A stretch of DNA of 52,207 bases, the filler included, from Sphacelaria rigidula (lineage: Eukaryota), in assembly GCA_964200075.2 (NCBI GenBank). It is 4 parts of 4 records of this genome, joined end to end, with 100 filler letters (N's around TTAATTAATTAA, not from the genome) between each part and the next. Parts side by side here need not be neighbours in the genome. Positions count along the whole stretch, not along the records: positions 26,157 to 39,133 come from CAXNAA020003254.1; positions 39,234 to 52,207 come from CAXNAA020003255.1; 2 more parts are not named here. One strand, written 5' to 3'. Each line of letters starts with the position of its first letter. Positions within the stretch are counted from its first letter, which is position 1. The notes beneath the pieces were generated by a model, which saw only the letters and a program-made list of their open reading frames with translations, ran no database searches and was not told the DNA's origin. This document shows positions 35,140 through 46,379 of this stretch, one piece after another. A program made the translations under genes and the position numbers.

Positions 35140-35870
35140 ACGTGTTCATGGCTCAAGCCAATCAACGTCGGGACGAACTTGTCCACACGGGAGAAGAGTG
35201 GCGGACGGATAGGATCTTTAAAATTGAAGTCACGATGCGGAGCATGTAATCCAGCCGTGTGGCGCGTGGGGTTTGGCTGAAACGTCTCAGGGTCGTGAGT
35301 CAGCAGTTTTCGCAGCATCGCTGTTGGGTTCGCCAGATACATCATCGAAGTGATCCGGGAATGGTCACTCTTGCGGGGAGCCGAGCCATCGCATGCGTAT
35401 CTGTCAGTCCAAAAATATGCCCCACGATGGTGAGAGTTCTGTATAATGGTGCAGGGTTCACCACACAGGCCGGCATGATGATTCTGACTATCAACTAAGC
35501 AGCGGGAGTATAGGCGGAAACACACGTGGCAGCTAGAACTATCGCCATCGCAAACAACAGCTGCTCTCGCAACAACAACCACTGCAGCAATAGCAACAGC
35601 TGCAATAACAGCAGCAGTAACTGGGGCTTCGACAGCAGTAGTGACTTGCGCTACTACATCGACAACGGTCATCTTGGACATCAACATCGACCTCCAAAAC
35701 AAGATAACACCGCCACCGTCTATCGGGCATCATCAGTGCTTCAGTATCTTCAAACGCTAACGTTTAGCACCATTGCCCCTTCGGCAACCATAGTGACAGA
35801 TGCATCTCATTCGAACGGCATGGGTTTGCGTCCCTCGCCGCGACTGCCGATAACCATCGAACACTAGCCT
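35140..35870 (+). pseudogene. Degenerate LTR-retrotransposon gag remnant
   Basis: Decayed knuckle GHSCGEPSHRMRIC, then WCRVHHTGRHDDSDY and an N/S-rich linker, with stops and frameshifts. Confidence 0.45.
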
Positions 35871-38702
35871 GTGTTCGATTTTCAACGATCATTTACTCAG
35901 GGTAGAAGAAAGCTAAGAAGCGTGGAGCGCAGCACAGAAAGGTCCGAACAGCCAGTACACACCGCACAACGTTGAATCATCTGTTTTAAAAAGCAGCAAT
36001 GCCAAGTAGCTCCACCAGCAAGCCTGCGCACAGCATTCGCTACCAAGAAGCAACCATCCCAAGTTGAATCTGCATCGCATTTGAGCATGATTAACACACG
36101 GCATCACCAGCCATCTCGAAGCGCCGCGGCTACTACAACTACAGACACGTGTGTGTGATATCGGTTGGAATTCCTGTTTTTCACATGGCGGGACCCTCTG
36201 TGACCAGGCACGGGATGTTACCAAAGTTTTCCAAGGTTGGTCAGGATGTTGAATATTTCTCAGGCGTGTGGCCATGCCGTGTTCCTGGATGTGCTCCTGT
36301 GAATGTTCTACTTTGTCCGTGGGTTCCATCGCTTTCGTGTTTTTGTCTCCTCTGGTCTCCGTTTTCCCCTCTGCCTGTCTCCCACTTCTTATTTCAGAGA
36401 TGCAGTCTTGAACGGTACACGTGCTTGAGCCTTGCTTCGATGGAGCTCGTACGTGAGAGCACATACTCAAATACTGCTGTTCCGAAGTGACTGAACCGTG
36501 ATCTGCTCCGACGGCCTCTTGTTTTGTTTTGTGCATGGGCGCGCGTGCTTTTTGTGCACGGCTTCTTCCACCTGAAGCCACGCCGCAGGGACCGACCACT
36601 TCTAGTTTTGTTCTTGATAGACCATATCCTTTCCTTGCCTTCCCTTGTTCAGCTTTGTCTTAGGGCTTGTTCCGACTCTTTTTCTTGCATGTTTCTCCTT
36701 CGACGAGTGCTTCCGTTTTCTTCGCCTTGGGTACGTCTACTTTGTGGCCACGGATGGGTTCGTCGGGGATGGCTTAGTTTTGCGGCACTCAGTCAAGCCA
36801 CCATACTAAATGCATATCTACGTAGCCATGGAAGGTTTACAGTCAAGAGCATTGTCTGCCACTACATTCTACAGCACCTACGACGGACCGACACCGCGGA
36901 CTGGGGCGAGCAGCTGCATCATCAACGCATAACGGACGAAGCAAGCTCAATTAACACCAGCCTTCGATTGTCGCGCAAAGATTAAACACCCAAGTGGTCG
37001 TACAGAGGAGTATGAATATGTATATATATATTCAATATAACGTATTTTGGCGTGTATGCTTGACTGTGGGTAGAATGATGCGAAGGAGTCGAGGAAATGT
37101 TGAAGCAAAAACTTCCTTCCAGGTGAAGGGAGTTGGCAGACACACCGTGAGTGGTATGTGCGATGTGTAGTTCATCATTTCATAGCTAAAAAGAGTAGTG
37201 TTCGTAGTGCATCTGCATCAGCTGTGAGGACACATCATTGGGACGACACCTGATGTACTTGGTGGTGTGCACGTGTTGGCTCCAGTGTTGAGCTTGAGGA
37301 AACAAAGGAACGACACGGAGGCGCCTACTTTACTTCGATTGTATTTTCTACACAGGAGTTCGTGAACCCGTGCGCGGATTACGTGGAGGCTCGCTTGACT
37401 CAAAAGAGGTATCTCGAACTCGAGATTCCCATTATATCCCACAGTAATTCGCAATCGAATACACCGAGAACCTCGAGTTTGAGATACCCCTAATAGTCTG
37501 AACGAGGCAAACTTGCATGCATATGCTGAACATTGTATCTGAACGGATTGAGGTTTCAGCAAACTGCCACTGTCGCCCGTAATACGTAGGAGCGGTACCG
37601 GCAGAAGAAGGGCACATCGGCATGATTTTGTGTTGGTTTTGTGTCGTTGCTTGCTACGCTGTGTAGCATTTAGTACTATTTTGCCATGACCCCTCTTTGA
37701 AGCAGGGATGAAAGAAATGCACACGTCTGAATTTCGGCTCTATAACAAAGTGCGATTGATGTTATGGCGGTTCAATGAAACCATGAACCATGAAGCCGTT
37801 TCAATATATATATATATATAGGATCGCGTGGAAGAGCATGTAGGTAGCGTGTTACACGAGATGATGAGGTGGAAAACGTGCCGCCATGGTTCGTTTTAGT
37901 AGGATGCAACAACCACGTGACTGTAGCTTGCAAAAAAATCAGTGCAAAACACAAGCACGGGTGCTGTGAGCCTCGCGGGCCGCCGCATTGCAGATGTTTT
38001 CACGACCCTTGCGTCCACGATAACAGTACGTATGGTGTTGGGCGGCAGGAACGACCGATGGGCACGTATGGCTTGCTGACGAACATTCATCCACCATGAC
38101 CTGTTTTCGCCAGGCGGGGCACTGGAGATGGGACGGAGCTTAGTCGAGTAGACGAGGTGCGTATACCGCAGAGAGGTGTTTCTCTGTCTAGCTTTTCTGT
38201 CATTTGCAAATGCGACAGAGGAATTCCTCGGGAATACCGACCCGAGGAATGAAGAACCTTTGTCCTGGTGCAATCGTTGGTTTCTTGGTACATGCGTCGG
38301 CGACGTCGCGCGTACAGTTTGATGTGCGATTCGCTCACAAAACATATAGGAAATTTCCCCTCAAGTGCCCCGGCTCTTCCTGATGGACAAATCAAGCTAG
38401 CCAGTCAGAAACGAAGAATCCGTCCGGCCGATTTCAAGATAACCCCAGAAGGCCTTCTGCGCACATTACACACACTGCCGCAGGTGCATTGCTCATGGTC
38501 GCACTGGTGATTCATTTCGAGTGAAAATTATTTCGATGCAGATGGCCCACCCTGGGGGGTGACTAAAGACAAGGCAAATTAAAACAGAGTACAATAGTAG
38601 GAGTACAATGCAGTACAAAAGCTGTATGGTACCGGCAGTGCAGTGTAATCGAATATACTCACACTCAATGATAGACACATGTAAGCAGGCCTGGATGCGA
38701 GG

Positions 38703-39133
38703 GAAATAGATTTTTGACTGGAACCATCGTGTTGAAATCTATACCAAACTCGTCACATCTGTCCTTCTCTCCCACTACGAATATATCATCCACATGTACT
38801 ACAATGGTGATAATCACCCTGCCATCCTCAATCAACCGAAACACACATGAATCCGCCAAGCACTGATCAAATCCCAAAACAAATAAACATTCCGCCAGGT
38901 GATTATGCCACTGCCTACTTGCCTGTTTCAGTCCGTACAAACTTTTATTGAGTCTTACTGTTGTACCAGATAAGCTACCACAACCAAGTGGCAACCGCAT
39001 GAAAACATCCTCGTCCAACTCAGACTGTACAAAAGCTTGTTCGATATCAAAATGGCGCAACGCAAGATTTTGCTCACAAACCAGAGTCGCCAACAAACGT
39101 ACGCTAGAAACTGCTACAGTGGGGGCATACAAC
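38703..39133 (-). mobile_element. Ty1/Copia reverse transcriptase fragment, cut by gap and truncated 3'
   Basis: YAPTV, HFDIEQAFV, VFMRLPLG, LNKSLYGLKQASRQW, VHVDDIFV. Confidence 0.93.
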
Positions 39134-39233
39134 NNNNNNNNNNNNNNNNNNNNNNNNNNNNNNNNNNNNNNNNNNNNTTAATTAATTAANNNNNNNNNNN
39201 NNNNNNNNNNNNNNNNNNNNNNNNNNNNNNNNN
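39134..39233. other. Scaffold gap spacer
   Basis: N44-TTAATTAATTAA-N44. Confidence 0.97.
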
Positions 39234-40222
39234 GATTTTTTGCTTGAGGTCGCCCTCATCATTGACCAGCCCGCCCAAGTATCAGAAACTGTGACGCTAA
39301 AATAGACGGCTAGGACAGCGACCATAAACTTTAGCTCCAAAATTCACCGAATCGCGGCAGCAGTTAACGAGCTGGGCCAGCCTAAAAACGGATTTAAGCT
39401 CAAACGCGATATCTCAACGACACAGACGAGTTGGGCCGTGATCCGTATATCGTATTAATCGTCTAATCAAGGGGAAGGTGACCATCTGCTAAAAAATCTG
39501 GGCCAATTTTTCCTCGTCGAGTAAACCCCATGTATAGTGATTCCTATACCTAGCGGAGATAGCGTCCACACTAACATCTATGTGAAACCCCGAACGATCG
39601 ATCAAGCGGATGATGACGATTTTTGGTGTGGACCTTCCCTGTAGCACGGGGAAACGATAGATACCCTCACTTTCAGCTAATTCGTTATCTCTCTCGAGAA
39701 ATAGAGCACATAAGGTTCCATATTAAAATCTGGATATCGCGTCTCAGTTTTTGAGAGCTGTGCTATGAAATCTGGTATAGAGAACCACTAGCGCAAAGTG
39801 AAACAGAAAACACAGCTTTTCCGTTTTTTTTCATCTTTTTTCGTGTTTTTATGTGGGTTTTGAGGGGAAATGAACATTGCTCTTGGGCCTTAACTCAATT
39901 TTTCAGCTCAATTTTTAGGATTGTGATTTGAAACGTGGCATGGAGAACGACAGAGGTATGCTGAGTAAAAAAAAAATGGGCCTTGATTTTTTTTTTTCAT
40001 GAGAGGTTCGGGCGTTCTTGTGAAAAAATCATCGCTACTATACTTAAACACCCTCAATCAGTGAAAAAAAGTAATAAACCCAACCTCACCCATTTTTCTT
40101 CGTTCATCACAACCTAGCAAGGTCCCGCACAAAGTTTCAACCCACAGACACCGAACGTGGGCCGATACACGGCCTGCAAAATACTGTTCCGAATTTCCGC
40201 CGCCTCGGTTTTTTCAAATGTA

Positions 40223-40487
40223 AATTCGCAATTTTTGTCTTGGAGTTGGAAAGTGAGATTTGGTATGGACAATCAACAGGGCATGGAGAAAAGCTGTCTG
40301 TGAGGTCCCAGCGATTTTTTTTTTTCGTGAGTTAAGAACAGAAATCAGTTTTGAGGTGTTAGTAAAATGCCCCTAACTCACGAAAAAGAAAAAAATCGTT
40401 GGGACCTCACAGACAGCTTTTCTTCATGCCCTGTTGATTGTCCATACCAAATTTCACTTTCCAACTCCAAGAAAAGAATTGCGAATT
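40223..40487. repeat. Long inverted repeat (arms about 112 bp, spacer about 40 bp)
   Basis: AATTCGCAATT..TTGGAGTTGGAAAGTGAGATTTGGTATGGACAATCAACAGGGCATG..GTGAGTTA is mirrored by TAACTCAC..CATGCCCTGTTGATTGTCCATACCAAAT.TCACTTTCCAACTCCAA..AATTGCGAATT. Confidence 0.9.
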
Positions 40488-40809
40488 CGCCTGCAAAGTA
40501 CAAATTCGCTTGTAGGCTGGCCCAGCCTGTAAATTCACCGAGAAAGAGACAGGGAAACGAAAAAACTGCGACTTCAAAGTTCATCGAACTCCGAGAAATC
40601 GAAGCAAAAAACGAAGAAGGCCTGACAAAAAAGCGCCGCGCGGTAAGCTGCAATTTGTTTTGTTCTTGCTCACGCTCTCACTGATCGGACGCCTACGCTG
40701 GAAGGAAAACTGATCGAGTTACCGCCTCAACGTGAGTGTGTTGCATGTATACAGCCATATACGGTCTAAAGAAAACTCCAGCCTGAAAGAAATATCGACG
40801 CTTTTGTTC

Positions 40810-41446
40810 CAAATCTGCTTCCTAGCGCATCTCCCCTCACCCTGCAATACGTTAGGCGATGCACCGCCTGCCGCTAAACATGTGGCGCCCCTAATTCTTT
40901 GGAGAATGCAACGCAAAGTCGTGGGGTGGAAATCCCGCGAAGGCTACAATTTGTCGGAGCGCCTCGCTGGGTGGCCTCAGACTTGACACCGATACCAATG
41001 TGACACAGAAAACGTATGAAAACGCAACGGAATTTGCAAGAGCATGCAGCACCAAGCCGGCGGCGTGGCCCTGCCTGCCCCCCGTTTGAAAGGAAGACTG
41101 ATGACAAAAGTCTGTCTCCCGCACTGTGATGACGATTGAATGCTCTCCAAATATACCGTTGAAGCACACATAATATTCTTCCCCATTGGGTTCCTTTGCC
41201 CGGTTGTCTTACGGCATGTCGAGCTTGCACAAAGGTTTCGGAAACCCAGTGTTCATTCATGCCATGGTTGCGAACGTAAGGTCGAAATCTTCTTCCTAGC
41301 GTATCCCCCCTCACTCTCACTCGCCTGGCGCGCAACATGTAGCGCTCCCAATTGTTGGAGAATGCAACTCAAACACGTGGGGTGGTAATCCCGCGAAGGC
41401 TACAATTTGTCGGAGCGCCTCGGTGGCTTCAGACTTGGACGACACC
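40810..41446. repeat. Direct repeat pair (about 40810-40990 and 41285-41446) downstream of the Helitron ORF
   Basis: Both units contain TTCCTAGCG.ATC.CCCCTCAC and TTGGAGAATGCAAC..GTGGGGTGG.AATCCCGCGAAGGCTACAATTTGTCGGAGCGCCTCG. Confidence 0.85.
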
Positions 41447-41669
41447 GTCCACGTGTTGATATCTACTTATGCGCGTCCATCGTGCACTGGATGGGATGGG
41501 CCATTGCGCAATGGTGTGATAACAGCGCCCTTCTCAGCGAAAGACGAAGCCGATTCTTTTGATTTTCTTGGGAAGACGTACGCAGTTGCGTGGAATTACG
41601 CCGAAGACGATTAATGACCTGATACGGGGGGCGATGCTTATTCGCAAGGGGTTGGGATGATGAGTTTGA

Positions 41670-42078
41670 AGGTGTCGTAATTTCGGGAGGCTGCTGAAAA
41701 ACGCAAGTGAATGTCATCGGTGGTGGCAAACAGGGGAGATGGTAAGGTGCTGTTGTCAAAATGGACACGTACTTGTTTGGCATACATGGCGGTGGCAGCT
41801 GTGAGTTGGGGTTGTCCCATGTACGTGTGTGGTAAGGACATCATAGCAAGGTAATCGTCATATGAGAAATACCTACATGGTTGCATGCCTGAACGATAGA
41901 GAATTTCAATACCGATGCCTTCGTAAATCCGAAGGTCGCTGTTGTCTCGGTTTTCAGACATGTATTGAACGACTTGTTGTCGAATTTGGAAGTGCAACTC
42001 TGGGTCTCCGAGGAAGTGTCTAGCAAGCGCTCTGAAACCACAGGCACCGTCGCCAATCTCAGGTTGCAAAAGCCAATA
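41670..42078 (-). pseudogene. OTU-like cysteine protease domain, in frame after the helicase
   Basis: IGDGACGFRALA, QIRQQVVQYM, YDDYLAMMS..TYMG.PQL.A, and IHLRF...RNYD in the position of the usual HY motif. Confidence 0.85.
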
Positions 42079-43712
42079 AGGTTGATTGGGAGAAGGAGAG
42101 GTAGGAGGAAGGAGAGGATGAGGGGGAGAAGGGGAATAGTCGGTGTTGTTAGAAACGCCTGTGGCCGCTTCAACAAATGGAGAATAAACGATGTTGTCCG
42201 TGTGGGGGACACCTTGCAGGCCTTGAGAAGGTGGGATAAGACACATTATTGAGTGTTTGTTTTTGGCGCGGCTCAACGCAACGTAGAGGTGGCTATGCGC
42301 AAATGGTGAAAAACGCAAGTCAAGCCCGATGCGAGCTAAAGTTTGACCCTGAATTTTGTTGATTGTCATGGCGTATGCTGTTCTAAGTGGAAACTGAACA
42401 CGTGAAAAAGATATACCTCGCTTCCCTACGTGGCGGTGGAATTTCTTCTTGGGATGATAACAATTAGGTGTGGTGTTTCTTCGGTAAGGAGTTCAGCTGG
42501 AATTACACGACTGTTGGGAAAAATGGCATGCAAAACACATTTTTGACCTTTCACGAGACCCGCAGAAAAGTTGAGATTTCTCACCGACATTGCCGAAGTA
42601 TTGGATTTAAGTTCAAGTTCAAGGTGGGACACCGGTAACGTGTAGTTGGTTGAGGTGCTCGAGTGCTGCAGTATAAGGGTTAGACTCGTCCGAAAGAGGA
42701 GTCTGAGCTGAAAAATGATACTGATGTTCCCGACCGGTGACACGCTATGGAATCATTACACTTGTCGATAGTGGCGTTCGTCGTGGCTAAAATTGCGCGA
42801 TCATCGCAGAGGCGAACATCCTCAGACACGTCAGGATATACAAAGTTTATTAGATCTTCAAGATGCGTTGTGCACTTTAGTTGGAAATTATCTGCTGAGT
42901 TAAGGCGTGAGTGATTGTTGAGGGGTATCATGTTTTGACCGTCAGGCATTGTCGTACGTTCAATTTTGTTTTCTCCTGATATCTTGTACGAAGTTCGCAT
43001 ATGGTGGATCTTGTTTGTCTCGTCGTGATTTTGTGAGCCGAAACTTGTTGACGTGTTTCCAGAGGGGGCTAGAAATGAACGCGATATCAACGACGTCTGT
43101 TGGTATATCTGCTTCAGATATAGGTCCAATGTGCCGCCAGTCACCGGGGAAAAGCATCGTTTTCCCACCCAAAAGCTTATTTTGTCTTATGATATCTCTG
43201 AGGGATCTTTCGAGAGCTTCAACACAGTATCTGTGAGTCATTGGCAGTTCGTCCCAAACGATAAGATCAGCGTTTCTGATCCGTTGAGTTTGTGTATGAA
43301 TGTTGCACACGCAGGGAGAGGGAAGCTTGTCGTCCATAGGTAGTTGAACATGCGGTCCATCCACCGGGGAGTTGGAAGGCAACGATTCCAGCGGAGGCGA
43401 CTACAAGCACGACTTTCCCTTCGCCTCGTAATATAGACGCGATGCATTTTGTGGTGGAAGTCTTTCCCGTTCCAGCACGCGCATCAATGATATACGCCTT
43501 CCCATCTCTATTTCGTACTGAATTTATGACAGTAGAGTATACGTCTCGCTGTTCGGGTGTGAGGTGTTGTTCGTGGAGATCAGCATATGCAGTACATTCT
43601 GCGGGGTCGAAGGCATTCCGCATGCGCTGCAACTCGGTTGTCGAAAGTGAGACAGGAGGCAGATTTACCTGCACGTGTGTAAGTCTGAGGTCTTCGGTGA
43701 GGTTGTCCTTAA

Positions 43713-44701
43713 CCCTTTGACCGCGACCCCCCCGCGCTGGAAGACTGAGTAAGACGATCCACTTTTTGGGTTCATAATCATTCTTTTGTCACAAACCACA
43801 ACGCCTACTTTACGGCAGAAGGGCCCGGGGGTGCATACGAGGCACATAGTTGTGAGAGTCATGACACAGGCGCCTGCAGACAGTGCAGTAGTGGTATGGA
43901 ATCTGAAGTATTGATATTATTATATTATTACGCTGCATAATTGTGCACAGCAGTAGCAGTCTGTAGTGTTTTGTGCCGCAGCTCCACGTACCTTCTACAG
44001 CGTCCTAGATCTTCCAGGCTTGCACGTGTTGAATGTACGCAGCGTGCGTGTGTGGTTTTGCACCATGACTACCGCTGCGAACACGCTTACAGCACGTGCC
44101 GCGCTCATCGGCGCAGCTCCACCTGGGCTATTGTTACTGAGAGTTCTCACTGGGCAACACTATCCGCCGCCTTTGGATCGCGGGCAGCAAACCTCCAATA
44201 TCTGGTCCGCAATAGCAGTCACATTTCTGTAGACATGGGCGTCAACCGCAATGCGCACTGGATACTCATGGTGGGGGCTCGCGTGTTGCGCCATTACGTT
44301 GTATACCAGATGAGGTGTGCACGTAGTACGAAGCTCAGGCATCACTGAAGACAGACACCCAGCAACACGTGCTTTTTGGTTTATGTAATCTATGGTTGAT
44401 TTCAAGTGACGATAATGAGCTTTCATGCTTGACGACGGAACCAGCCTTACAGCAGTCTTGTGGAAACGTTACAAAAGTGCCCATCTTGACGACCGTGATT
44501 GGTCAGAATGGTCATACCGCGCCTCTCGAGTCCCTTGCACGGCCCATAATTTTCCGCGGAACCAAACACGCATGGTTGACTCCGTGGGCTTCTGCGGTGC
44601 TCTGCGTACAGACACCCCCCCCCCGAGCACTGGAAACCCCCGGATGTCTCGGGACTGTGCGCCTGTACAACTGTTCCGAGGCGACGCTCGTCGTCTAAGG
44701 G
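43713..44701. mobile_element. Non-autonomous piggyBac-type element (TTAA TSD)
   Basis: TTAA|CCCTTTGACCGCGA ... TCGTCGTCTAAGGG|TTAA. Excision restores the Helitron frame LWSEFKDNLTEDL. Confidence 0.9.
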
Positions 44702-44896
44702 TTAAACTCCGACCAAAGCTTGGGCGCAGGTGCTGTTGCCTCGTCCAAGATGAGCGTTACAAATAGGCTGCGCAGTTCCCTACCTACTTGAAATTGGGAC
44801 GCTTCTTCCATACAGATTGAATACTCCTCGTCACTTGTGATATATCCCCTTGCCCTAGCAGCATCATGAAACGTAGGATGGACGATTTCACCATTA

Positions 44897-45517
44897 GACT
44901 ACTTCTCCTGTATCGAAAAAAAACTTGTTGAAAAGTGTATTTTTGGGCCTTCTCCGTCGTTTTTCCCCCGAAAAGAGGGCTAGGCGGCTTTTGACACCTT
45001 GGAATGACTTGCTCTACTCACCGAGACGGTTCCTGAGCACCTTTGCGTTTGCCGTAGGTCACGGATTTGTTTTTGGCCAAAGTTGCCTTTTCAATAACAA
45101 ACTGTCAAGGTACGAAAAAAATGTCAATTTTCAATACCCTGGACAAAAGAATACACGGTTGAAAAATGTACTGCGTACAGTAGGGAATCTATTGTCTATT
45201 GCAATTTGCAATAGACAATAGATTCCATACTGTACGCAGTACATTTTTCAACCGTGTATTCTATCGTCCAGGGTATGCAGTTTTACCCCTGTTTTTAGAT
45301 AACTTGACGGTTTGTTATTGAAGATGCAAGTTTGGTCAAAAACGAAACCGTGACCTACGGGAAACGCAAAGGTGTTCTGGGACCGTCTCAGCGAGTAGAG
45401 CAAGTCATTCCAAGGTGTCAACAACCGCCTAGTCCTCTTTTCGGGGGAAAAACGACGGAGAAGGGCCAAAAATACACTTCTCAACGAGTTTTATTTTTCG
45501 ACACATGAAAAGTAGCC
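44897..45517. mobile_element. PIF/Harbinger-type foldback MITE (TTA TSD)
   Basis: TTA|GACTACTT ... AAGTAGCC|TTA with about 210-bp inverted arms. Excision restores CTVPCPTNGEIVHPTFHDAARARG. Confidence 0.9.
45133..45277. mobile_element. hAT-type palindromic MITE nested in the centre of the Harbinger MITE
   Basis: AATACCCTGGAC ... GTCCAGGGTATG. Degenerate 8-bp TSD CAATTTTC / CAGTTTTA. Homologous to 46247-46379 and absent from the copy at 51261-51735. Confidence 0.82.
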
Positions 45518-46246
45518 TTAGTCGGGCAAGGAACAGTACACATTTCTCGGAATGAACGCCCAGGAATGTTGTGGAGCAAAAGCCGCAAGTAGAATAAATC
45601 CCCCACTGCTGCACTCTGAAGAACGATACGACGAAGGTGGATCGAACCATGCCTTCTTCTGGAGACTACGTTCTTGTAAGCGTCTAAGAACCTCCCAGGT
45701 GGCGCAACGGTTAATGGAGGGGTGTCTTTCTTCGGAGGAGTAACGATGTATTGTTCGTAGTAGTCGAGAACGGTGAGATTGTCAAAACACTCGTGGGTGG
45801 GTCGTGCAAAGTAGTTCATGAGAGGCGAGTGTGTACGGCTAGTAATTTGCAGGCGTTGAGTTTGCGTGGCGGAAGCTGGGAACGTAACATATTGCTCCCC
45901 TTCGAGATTCGCGTGGCTTTTTGTAACGGCGGGGTTCCTGTCAATCATGTGTGAGCCTAGAAGTCTACACGTTGCTTCGGCAGCAGATGTGTATATTGTT
46001 TTCCTATATAATTCGATCTCGTCAGTGATGCCTTGGATTCCCGCCTTTGCGTAATCTTCACCCTTGTGCACGTATTTGAAAAGATACTTTACGCAAGCAG
46101 CGGCGGTGACGACATCAACGTGAATATGGCAGCCGAAACGCATTAGAAGGTATGGGTTGTAACTTGCGACCCATTCATCTCCAACAGGACTATCAATCCA
46201 CTTTCCATCAACTAAATTTCTTACGGTGGGTAAGTTGTGAGTTTTT

Positions 46247-46379
46247 CAGATCCTAGACAATAGAATACAGTAAAAAAATGTACTGCGTACAGTATCGACT
46301 ATTGCGCCTATTGCAATAGACAATGGATTTCATACTGAACGCAGTATATTTGACAATAGAATCTTTTGTCCAGGGCGTG
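46247..46379. mobile_element. hAT-type MITE (8-bp TSD GAGTTTTT) in Helitron Rep
   Basis: CAGATCCTAGAC ... GTCCAGGGCGTG. Exact TSD at 46239-46246 and 46380-46387. Excision restores RVEYTRIKKTHNLPTVRNLVDGKW. Confidence 0.9.

Noticed and set aside
36870-38482. Scattered plus-strand exon-like segments (about 37356-37408, 38113-38155, 38219-38482)
   Set aside because: Splice signals are plausible, but the joined frames hit stops and show no homology that I recognise.
44925-45484. Two similar ORFs on opposite strands (LRRFSPEKR..LLTPWNDLLYS)
   Set aside because: They result from the inverted arms of the foldback MITE and are not duplicated genes.
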